DNA of 39,806 nucleotides from a virus (Duplodnaviria; Caudoviricetes), in IMG/VR virus record IMGVR_UViG_3300035002_000028, positions 1 through 39,806 of that record. One strand, given 5' to 3'. Below the pieces are notes generated by a model, which searched no databases, was not told the DNA's origin, and saw nothing but the letters and a program-made list of their open reading frames with translations. Made by a program: the position numbers and the translations under genes. Numbering within the stretch: position 1 is the stretch's first letter; the number at the start of each line of letters is the position of its first letter. Of the stretch, positions 33,009 to 39,806 are shown piece by piece.

Positions 33009-34007
33009 GTGACTAGGAGAACCAAAAGGGCGGCGAACACAGCTCCCAACGGCGATCGAACTTTCTCAGCCTGGCGCAGGCGCGCTGGACTGAAGATCGG
33101 CAAAGTCCTCGAGGACCCTTGGTGGCGGCTGACTATTTTGCTGGTTGAGATCATCGCCGTGGGAATGGCTGCGGTAGCGCTTTTCAAAACCTACGAACAG
33201 ACGACGCTATCGCAAGTAGCACTCAATGAACAAAGACGCCTTGCAGCCATCGAGCTTGTTGGCTCATCCGCTGTGTCCCTAACGACCAAATTTGAGGCGG
33301 TCAGAAGTCTGATGTTCGCTGGAGACGATGTGGTCGGCCTAGAGCTGAACTGCGATCAGATGGATGAAAGCTGCGGCATCGTGCGCTCTGTTGTGCTGGC
33401 AACGAGCAACGACGAAGGGCGTTGGATCCACAGAGCTGACCTGAGGCGGTTGACGTTCGAAGATGTGACGTTCAACGGAGCTGGCTTCGCTAACGTTCAG
33501 TTGGATGGCGCCCGTTTTTTACAAACAACTGTCGTGGAATCGATCTGGACCGATGTCTCACTCAGTAAGGCGTTTCTGGATATTGAGTGGGGTCGAGGCA
33601 TGATCGACACCTCGGACCTAACATCAGCGGATCTCTCACACCTTCGTATCTCGAACGCTCGAATAGTGTCGTCTCTAATTGACGATGCGAAGCTGTGCGG
33701 TTTGATCGCAAAGGGGGAATCTGCTGATGGCAATCCGATGCAGCTCCAAGTTTGTGGTGAGCTTTCACACCCGGCCTTTTCGGATGCGTACTACACGGCG
33801 GGGCACCGCCCGGATACGGAACTCTACGGGCCTATCGATCTAGGCTGGGTATGCCCCGCTGATTTCGACCGCAGATCGCAGTCTCTCGCGTCCCGGTGCA
33901 TTGATGAGAGTACGCTTGCCGATCCCACCGTGCTCGAAGCAAGATTCTATCAAACAAGTCCCGTTCGCCTGAACTTCCCGTCAGCAAACCGACAGCCCGA
34001 AGGCTGA
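33009..34007 (+). CDS. Membrane-anchored pentapeptide-repeat protein (moron)
   Basis: TM segment LTILLVEIIAVGMAAVALF followed by ADL../A.F.N/SDLTSADLS repeats. Antisense to the late operon and lower GC. Start uncertain (ORF open from 32868). Confidence 0.72.
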   Translation: MTRRTKRAANTAPNGDRTFSAWRRRAGLKIGKVLEDPWWRLTILLVEIIAVGMAAVALFKTYEQTTLSQVALNEQRRLAAIELVGSSAVSLTTKFEAVRSLMFAGDDVVGLELNCDQMDESCGIVRSVVLATSNDEGRWIHRADLRRLTFEDVTFNGAGFANVQLDGARFLQTTVVESIWTDVSLSKAFLDIEWGRGMIDTSDLTSADLSHLRISNARIVSSLIDDAKLCGLIAKGESADGNPMQLQVCGELSHPAFSDAYYTAGHRPDTELYGPIDLGWVCPADFDRRSQSLASRCIDESTLADPTVLEARFYQTSPVRLNFPSANRQPEG

Positions 34008-34214
34008 TCAACGTGAATGTGGCACTCTGCCTCGCGGCAGTTGCGATCATCCTCGATCGGTTCCTCTAGTCCGGGGGCGAGGTGACAAGGATGGACATCA
34101 AGACCATCGATCTCGAAGAATTCCTCGCGCTTGAGTCAAGGCACGACGAGATCCGACTGGAAATTGAGCGACTGACCACGATCCAATGAAGGTTATGCTC
34201 ATCGTCGCTGCGCT

Positions 34215-34242
34215 AAATGCAAAACCCCGCTCGGGAGCGGGG
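34215..34242 (-). terminator. Terminator just downstream of the putative late promoter
   Basis: CCCCGCTC/GAGCGGGG stem followed by TTTTGCATTT. Confidence 0.7.
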
Positions 34243-34262
34243 CACAGCTTCATCGATACCGA

Positions 34263-34291
34263 AATGTCGCTGATTTCTGCCCCACCTGTCA
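34263..34291 (-). promoter_or_regulatory. Putative late promoter
   Basis: TTGACA-N17-GACATT facing the packaging genes. Confidence 0.55.
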
Positions 34292-34333
34292 AGCGGTAGG
34301 CGGTATTATCATACCGCGATGTGGTGAGCGGCG

Positions 34334-34723
34334 TCACCAGCCACGGTCTTCCACCCAGCGCCCGCCAATATTCAGGTTGCGGTTGGCCTTGCGCATGATC
34401 TGGGCGCGCTTCTCCGGCGTCAGTTTCCGGTTTGTGGGGCGCCAGTTCATCGGACTGCGCCCATAGATCCACCACCCGTGGCCCTTGTGAACTCTTTCAG
34501 GCGGGTCGATCCGATACCAGTGGTCGTCGTCTCCGAGGAAGAAATGCGCCTTTACGGGTTCTAGGTCGCTGAACAGAAGTTCGCAGACGACGCCATCCCC
34601 GATCACTGCCTCTGACAAGGGCTTCCATGGATGGGCTCGGTCATATGCTTCGCGTTCCCGACGCTCATCAATCTTGGTGCGCTTCGGCGGGCTCAGGTCC
34701 AGTTTCGGCGGGCGGTATTTCAT
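34334..34723 (-). CDS. Hypothetical protein
   Basis: Trp-rich ORF; GGAGA before ATG 34723 (alternative GTG 34762). Confidence 0.65.
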   Translation of the reverse strand: MKYRPPKLDLSPPKRTKIDERREREAYDRAHPWKPLSEAVIGDGVVCELLFSDLEPVKAHFFLGDDDHWYRIDPPERVHKGHGWWIYGRSPMNWRPTNRKLTPEKRAQIMRKANRNLNIGGRWVEDRGW

Positions 34724-34758
34724 ACAGCGTCTCCGATTCGGTGAGGGGAGAGATGCTA

Positions 34759-35697
34759 TCACGCAGCCGTTTTGCCGCTGGCCTGCCGGCGGGTAGATAT
34801 CACCGATTTCCCAGGTTCTTTGACGAAAACTGTCGGCACCTCAATCTCGCTGACTAGCCCGCTCGATTTGCCGCTGACGATGAAGCCGAATTCGAGTGCA
34901 AGTTCGTCGACTGCGGCAAGCAGCATCTTGGTTGCGCGATCTCTCGCTCGGGCGCCCGATCCCCATCCGATCGCCAGCGTCAGCTCGCTGATGGACTCAC
35001 CGCCCACGATGACGCGATCTGCTATGGTGGCTAGATCTCCGAGACGGTCGCGAGCGTCTTCCAACTTCGATCGAGCTTCGGCCCCGATGATCATGATTGA
35101 GGTGGTGGCGTTGAAACTGGTATCGACCCGAACGGCACTGAGGTCGACCGCCTTGCTGCCGCCCAACATGGCTCGCTCGGCGAGGTTGCGATATTCGGCC
35201 GCCGCCTGGGTTTGCGCTTCAGTGCGCTTCCTCACTCTCGCGAAGCCGCCGATGAGTTCGGATAGGTTTACGTCCGAACGCTGATACCCTATCCAGCGGG
35301 CATCTGGATGCTGAGAGATCTGATGCAGAAGCTCGGCGCGGCTCATACTTGGGTCGGGAACCCGGCGGGCCTGCACCACCGGGTTATGCCCCAGAGCCAC
35401 GGGATCGCGCTTTCTGACGTCATCCCGGTGATGGCACCGCATGCCCCATATGCGCCGACAGGCGTTGATAGCCGCGGCCACGGCCTCATCGGTGAACGTG
35501 CCGCCACTGCCGGGCATTGAGAACTTCTGTTCGAGGACGCGACGAAGGCGACCACGGCCCGGGTCCCCGATCTCGATGGCGGCGATGTCCGCAGAATTCC
35601 GCAGACCGAACCGATCGACGGCGAGGTCGACGCGCTTAGTTTCGATGAGCCGGATGCCGGCATGGGTGCGGGCGAAGGCGAGACCGACCAGCTTCAT
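34759..35697 (-). CDS. DUF6456-like protein, candidate late regulator/antiterminator
   Basis: C-terminal Q..AA..YR...E.A..G...VD......VD, V...G.SI.EL and L..L...FG pattern. Occupies the Q position. Confidence 0.6.
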   Translation of the reverse strand: MKLVGLAFARTHAGIRLIETKRVDLAVDRFGLRNSADIAAIEIGDPGRGRLRRVLEQKFSMPGSGGTFTDEAVAAAINACRRIWGMRCHHRDDVRKRDPVALGHNPVVQARRVPDPSMSRAELLHQISQHPDARWIGYQRSDVNLSELIGGFARVRKRTEAQTQAAAEYRNLAERAMLGGSKAVDLSAVRVDTSFNATTSIMIIGAEARSKLEDARDRLGDLATIADRVIVGGESISELTLAIGWGSGARARDRATKMLLAAVDELALEFGFIVSGKSSGLVSEIEVPTVFVKEPGKSVISTRRQASGKTAA

Positions 35698-36191
35698 GCC
35701 TTGAAGTTCCCGAGCTGCTTCAGCATCTGGAATCGCTTGCTCGGCTTCAAGTGCGCCGACGGGGTGATGGTCTGTCGCCTGCGCTGCTGCTCTGGTACCG
35801 CCTCGCGCCGTCGCGGCTGCTCGCGTGCCAGCGGCCTCACGCCCGGATTGTCATAGACGGCGGTTTTGAAGCCCCGATCGCGGGCGAATGCCAGGACACG
35901 GCTGCACTCCTCTCGCGATAGGCCATGATTGAGCACACGGGGCTTTCCGCCCTCGAGCGCTCCCACCATCCACCCGTGAGAGTTTTCGACGGCGTAGACT
36001 TCCTTGGTGTGGACCAGGCGGGGCCGCTGCCCTACCGGCGTCACCGCCATGCGGCGCGCATTGGTCTCGCCGAGAAGCTTCTCGGCCACCGCCATGTCAT
36101 CCCGGCTGAGCAGGGTCTTGGCGCCACGGGTTGCCCAGCCGCTGGCGCGCAAGGCGGCTTCGAGGTCGTCGATGTCGTTGGACATGGTCAC
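35694..36191 (-). CDS. Hypothetical protein
   Basis: 165 aa; 4-nt overlaps with both neighbours. Confidence 0.65.
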   Translation of the reverse strand: MTMSNDIDDLEAALRASGWATRGAKTLLSRDDMAVAEKLLGETNARRMAVTPVGQRPRLVHTKEVYAVENSHGWMVGALEGGKPRVLNHGLSREECSRVLAFARDRGFKTAVYDNPGVRPLAREQPRRREAVPEQQRRRQTITPSAHLKPSKRFQMLKQLGNFKA

Positions 36192-36454
36192 GCTGCTCCG
36201 GGAGGGGTGCGATTGTCGGGGAAGACGTCGGTAGAAAAGTCGATTTCGGTCTGGACCGCGCGCCGGAAGGCTTCTGTCTCGCGCGCGATCACGTCGTCGG
36301 GAAAGCCGATGCGGAGCATCACGCCGGCCATCCGGCCTATGGTGGTCGACCAGTAGGCCTCCCGAGCGCGGCCGGATTTCTGGAGCCAGCGCTGCGCGAC
36401 GACCCGGGCCTTGCCGATATTTCTGCCCTGAGGGAAGGGGATGATCTCGGCCAT
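36188..36454 (-). CDS. DUF6074-like protein
   Basis: IIPFP..R..G..R..A and YW...G......EL..F...V pattern; GGGAG RBS. Confidence 0.7.
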   Translation of the reverse strand: MAEIIPFPQGRNIGKARVVAQRWLQKSGRAREAYWSTTIGRMAGVMLRIGFPDDVIARETEAFRRAVQTEIDFSTDVFPDNRTPPGAA

Positions 36455-37086
36455 CAGGCTGCTCCCTTCATGCGCGTGAGGGACCAGGCGAGGGCTTCGC
36501 TAATGGGGGCGAAACCGCCCGCTTGTCCGTCTTCGTTGACGCGAGCCATGGGGTGGCTCGCTACTACGACGGCCCGCGCTGAGCCCTGTTCCTCCCGAGA
36601 TATAGATAGTAGGGGCGTATCCGCCCCCGATGCTGTAGGGGCGATTTCGCCCCCGGAAGTGCTCTCAGTCGGTGGCGCTTTCGCCACCGGTGCCAGGGGC
36701 GTTTTTGCCGCCGGTGTTCTGTTTTTCCACTCGTCTGTGGCGGCAGCTTTCTTGGTGTGGAGGTAGGTCAGCCGATACCGGCTCGAATGCCGGTAAGCCG
36801 CATTGCCGCCGCGACCCTGATGCGTAACCTCGACGAACCCGAGGCCGACCAGCTCGGCCAGGGCATCGGCCACCGACTTCCGGCGTATTCCGAAGCGCTC
36901 GAAGTCATCGTAGGTGCACGGCAGCTGGCCGTTGTCGGCGCCGCCGTGGCGCATGTGTTCGATCTCAAGACGATCCAGCACCTTGCGGGCGGCAAGGCTC
37001 AGGCCCGCCCACGCGGCGCTCTCGAGCATATCGACCCGGTGAGGGATGAACGGGCCGACGATGGTGTTCGACTTGACGCGCGCCAT
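36454..37086 (-). CDS. Winged-helix protein, candidate replication initiator
   Basis: LES.AW..LS..A..VL, NG.L, AL.EL...GFVEVT..G and YRLTY pattern, followed by a low-complexity linker. Confidence 0.65.
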   Translation of the reverse strand: MARVKSNTIVGPFIPHRVDMLESAAWAGLSLAARKVLDRLEIEHMRHGGADNGQLPCTYDDFERFGIRRKSVADALAELVGLGFVEVTHQGRGGNAAYRHSSRYRLTYLHTKKAAATDEWKNRTPAAKTPLAPVAKAPPTESTSGGEIAPTASGADTPLLSISREEQGSARAVVVASHPMARVNEDGQAGGFAPISEALAWSLTRMKGAA

Positions 37087-37090
37087 GCCA

Positions 37091-37252
37091 TCACCGCCCA
37101 CTCGCCAGCCGGCGCGCTTCTGCGATCGCTTTGCAGGCGTCGTTGAAGCTAAGGCCGAACATTTTCCGTAGCGTTCGAGTTACGGGTTGAGGCGCGACGT
37201 GCCAGTGGTCCGAGAGCCAGGTAGCGGCTTGTCCGATCCGGTCCTCGGTCAT
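37091..37252 (-). CDS. Small hypothetical protein
   Basis: ATGA overlap; AA.WL...LR..FGL....AC.AI.EA pattern. Confidence 0.65.
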   Translation of the reverse strand: MTEDRIGQAATWLSDHWHVAPQPVTRTLRKMFGLSFNDACKAIAEARRLASGR

Positions 37253-37521
37253 GCTGCCAGCCTCCGCTCGGCGGCATGCAGCTGCCGGTGATGTTTGCGG
37301 CAGAGCCAGATCACCTCCAACGGCTTGCTGTGGTCGGGATGGTGGCCGTCGACGCGGAGTGAACCGCACTCGGCGCACTTACCTCGCTTGATCTCGCCAC
37401 GCCTGATTGCCGCGCGGAGGGCGTGGTGCGCTTCCCGCGCTTGGCGGTGCGCTTCGTTCCACCGGCGCTGCGGGGTCGTTTTCAGAATAGGCTCGGCTTC
37501 AGCCGGCGCCCGGCCTTTCAT
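37249..37521 (-). CDS. Small HNH/zinc-finger protein
   Basis: CAECG...GHHPDHSKPLEVIWLCRKHH..LH motif. Confidence 0.75.
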   Translation of the reverse strand: MKGRAPAEAEPILKTTPQRRWNEAHRQAREAHHALRAAIRRGEIKRGKCAECGSLRVDGHHPDHSKPLEVIWLCRKHHRQLHAAERRLAA

Positions 37522-37721
37522 GCGGCCACCTCACTGTCATCCAGCCCGAAGTGCTTCTTCAGCTTTTTGCGGGACGCCACCCACTGGCTGCCGATCTTCG
37601 TGGCTGGGATTTTCCCGCCCTCGAGCAGGTGGAAAGCCTGACGGCGATTCTTGAGATTGAGTGCCTTCGCGATGGCTTCGGCGCCCCAGAGGAGGTCTAG
37701 ATGGTCCTGATCAGCGGTCAT
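37518..37721 (-). CDS. Excisionase-like DNA-binding protein
   Basis: LLWGAEAIA..L....QAFHLL..G.IPA.KIG..WVA wHTH pattern; lies near the integrase. Confidence 0.8.
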   Translation of the reverse strand: MTADQDHLDLLWGAEAIAKALNLKNRRQAFHLLEGGKIPATKIGSQWVASRKKLKKHFGLDDSEVAA

Positions 37722-37927
37722 CGAGCCGTCCTCAGGTTGCCAGTTTGTTCCCCGCCATCTTTCGGCGTAGCAGCCGCCACGGCTTTCCGCAGGAGTTGGC
37801 GAATGGTCTCGGATCTAGATGGATGGCCTAGGGCCACGCCATAATTGTCCAGGCTGTCGAGGTCTACCGGGTCGAGGAGAACGACAACTCGCGCTCCGCG
37901 CCGCCTGTTGGGCCTATATCTGTCCAT
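37718..37927 (-). CDS. Ribbon-helix-helix (CopG/Arc-like) regulator
   Basis: RVVVLLD....LD.....G.PSRSETIRQLL pattern; AGAAGG RBS. Confidence 0.78.
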   Translation of the reverse strand: MDRYRPNRRRGARVVVLLDPVDLDSLDNYGVALGHPSRSETIRQLLRKAVAAATPKDGGEQTGNLRTAR

Positions 37928-37943
37928 GCCGTGTGCACCTTCT

Positions 37944-37962
37944 TGTGACATCGAATGTAACA
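37944..37962. promoter_or_regulatory. Putative operator between the divergent RHH genes
   Basis: TGTGACA-TCGAA-TGTAACA: two TGTNACA palindromes forming a near-perfect inverted repeat. Confidence 0.55.
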
Positions 37963-38034
37963 TACAGAGGGCCCTTCCATTGGGTCAAGCAGTGCGCTAT
38001 GCCTGTTCAACGGAATATATGGGAGCCTGTGCAA

Positions 38035-38601
38035 ATGCCGGTGAACGAAGAAGGCGAAGATGGGGCAGCGGCCCCGGTGAGAGGGAAGGGGACTCGGCGC
38101 GCACCGAACTTTGAGACGGAGGATGAATCGTGGGAGCTACCACCGACGCCTATACCGGCAGCCCGTCGTGTCTATGCTTTGCCGCAGGACTTGGTTGACC
38201 GGATCGTCGAGTTTCAGCGTGAGAAGGGATATCCGTCAGAAGTGGAGGCCGTGCGCCGGCTTCTGGACGAGGCCCTGAAGTACCGCGATACGACCGACAA
38301 AATTGTCAGCCGCTTCATGTCGCGCCTTCGGTCAATGCGGATCACGTCGGAGGTCGCCAAGGATGTCTTGGTCGCCCATCCGCTAATCAGCACACTGTCA
38401 TTTGGTCAGGACCACGTGTCTTTCGCCATGAAAGACCGACTATACGAGGTCACGATCTACGACAGCGGCGCTGTGAGCGTGGCAAAGCAGGGATCAAACC
38501 CATTCGAGCCTCCCCGCTACAGGTGGACCCCCTCTACCGAAGACAAGTTTGGTCCTGGCCGGGTTCTTTTCATCGCCGATGATGACGACATCCCGTTCTG
38601 A
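38035..38601 (+). CDS. RHH-domain protein, candidate prophage repressor
   Basis: RRVYALP..LV.RI..F....G.PSEVEAVRRLLD.AL pattern plus an extra C-terminal domain; GGGAG RBS; co-oriented with the integrase. Confidence 0.72.
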   Translation: MPVNEEGEDGAAAPVRGKGTRRAPNFETEDESWELPPTPIPAARRVYALPQDLVDRIVEFQREKGYPSEVEAVRRLLDEALKYRDTTDKIVSRFMSRLRSMRITSEVAKDVLVAHPLISTLSFGQDHVSFAMKDRLYEVTIYDSGAVSVAKQGSNPFEPPRYRWTPSTEDKFGPGRVLFIADDDDIPF

Positions 38602-38624
38602 GAAAAGGGGGGGACAAGGGGCAG

Positions 38625-39806
38625 ATGAGCGTTCGTAAGCGGAAATGGACCACTAAGGCGGGCGTAGAGAAAGAGGCGTGGGCGGCTGACTATGTCGATA
38701 CCTCTGGCAACCGCCGCCTCAAGACGTTCAAGCTGAAGCGGGCTGCTGAGCAGTTCGCGGCTACGGCTTCCGTCGAGGTACGCGACGGCACCCATGTCGC
38801 CGATGCCGCCAGCGTCACCGTGGCAGAGGGGTGTCGGTTGTGGATCAAATCCACCGAACAGGCCGGCCGCGAGCGCACCACAGTGGAGCAGTACCGCCAG
38901 CATGCCGATCTGCACATCGTCCCGCTGATCGGCTCGACGAAACTCACCCAGCTGACCGCCCCCAGCATTCGCGCGTTCGAGGACAAACTGCTCGAGCTGG
39001 GTCGGTCGCCCGCAATGGTAAAGAAAGTGCTGGTGAGCGTCGGTTCGATGCTTGCCGATGCCCTTGAGCGTGGCCTGGTCGGCCGCAACGTTGTTCGGGA
39101 GATGAAGCGCCGCCGCGGCGCCAGCGACCACCGCGCGGAGAAGCGGGCCAAAGGCAAGCTCAAGGTGGGCGTCGACATTCCGCTGCCGGCGGAGATCCGG
39201 GCGATTGTCGCCGAGCTACGCGGCGATTCGCGTCCCGTGCTGTTGCTGGCCACCTTCGGCGGGTTGCGCGCCTCTGAGTTGCGCGGGCTTCCCCGCGAGG
39301 GTGCGGTCGACTTCAAGGCCGGCAAGACAAAGGTCTTTCAGCGCGCCGACCGACACAAGGCGGTTGGGAAGCCGAAGAGCGAAGCCGGCGAACGCGAGGT
39401 TCCCTTGCCGTTGATCGTCATCAACGCGCTGCGCGAATGGGTGCTGGCGAGCAAAAGCGAAAGCGCCTTCATGTTCCCCGCCGGTGACGGAGGGCCGCTG
39501 GCGCACCGGACCATTGCTGATGCCTTCATGGCCACGCAGGTCCGCGCCGGGGTGGTGAAGGCCGAACTGGGGCCGGATGGCAAGCCGGTGGCGAAATATA
39601 CCGGGCTGCACGCCCTGCGCCATTTCTATGCAAGCTGGTGCATCAACCGCCGGGTCGACGGCGGGCTCGAATTGCCGCCCAAGCTGGTTCAGGACCGACT
39701 GGGCCATGCGTCGATCAAGCTAACCCTGGACACCTACGGCCACCTGTTTCCCAGCGACGACGACGGAGCTGAGATGGCTGCTGCAACTGCCTTCTTGGCG
39801 GGCTAA
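38625..39806 (+). CDS. int: Tyrosine recombinase / phage integrase
   Basis: GLRASE (R), PKS (K), LHALRH (HxxR), LGH and TYGH (Y) catalytic residues; N-terminal arm-binding region. Confidence 0.96.
   Translation: MSVRKRKWTTKAGVEKEAWAADYVDTSGNRRLKTFKLKRAAEQFAATASVEVRDGTHVADAASVTVAEGCRLWIKSTEQAGRERTTVEQYRQHADLHIVPLIGSTKLTQLTAPSIRAFEDKLLELGRSPAMVKKVLVSVGSMLADALERGLVGRNVVREMKRRRGASDHRAEKRAKGKLKVGVDIPLPAEIRAIVAELRGDSRPVLLLATFGGLRASELRGLPREGAVDFKAGKTKVFQRADRHKAVGKPKSEAGEREVPLPLIVINALREWVLASKSESAFMFPAGDGGPLAHRTIADAFMATQVRAGVVKAELGPDGKPVAKYTGLHALRHFYASWCINRRVDGGLELPPKLVQDRLGHASIKLTLDTYGHLFPSDDDGAEMAAATAFLAG

Larger units (their letters stand above)
1..39806. mobile_element. Temperate HK97-like siphovirus prophage (boundaries not defined; the left ~12 kb may be cargo)
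   Basis: Integrase at the right end, followed by early genes, HNH-terS-terL-portal-protease-capsid-neck-tail-TMP-tailspike and lysis genes in canonical order on the minus strand. att sites not identified. Confidence 0.93.

Noticed and set aside
38602-39806. attL/attR core repeats
   Set aside because: The window ends at the integrase stop codon and no matching direct repeat or tRNA fragment was recognised. Flanking sequence is needed.

Overview
The window is a GC-rich, near-complete temperate siphovirus-type prophage. Its gene families and promoter motifs suggest an alphaproteobacterial (Hyphomicrobiales-like) host; this is an inference. From right to left it contains: (1) a tyrosine integrase; (2) a compact switch/early region built on two divergent ribbon-helix-helix genes rather than cI/cro; (3) a candidate late regulator and late promoter/terminator; (4) an HK97-type packaging and head module (HNH, terS, terL, portal, protease, capsid); (5) a non-contractile tail module with a -1 frameshifting chaperone, tape measure protein and beta-helix tailspike; (6) a lysis cassette; and (7) a ~12 kb accessory left arm with SRAP, a LigD-type ligase, SDR, SnoaL and small ORFs. 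The most notable items are a PRTase + SLOG/DprA-like gene pair wedged between and overlapping terS and terL, and a RexAB-like soluble + 4-TM gene pair behind the lysis genes. Also notable are a pyruvyl-transferase moron abutting the tailspike gene, a c4/CI-type antisense RNA switch in front of a very acidic protein, an exact 33-bp terminator repeat bracketing the SnoaL gene, and several general-stress sigma (GGAAC-N18-TT) promoter motifs. No att sites, tRNA, rRNA or CRISPR array were recognised. All family calls come from motif recognition by eye, not from database searches.
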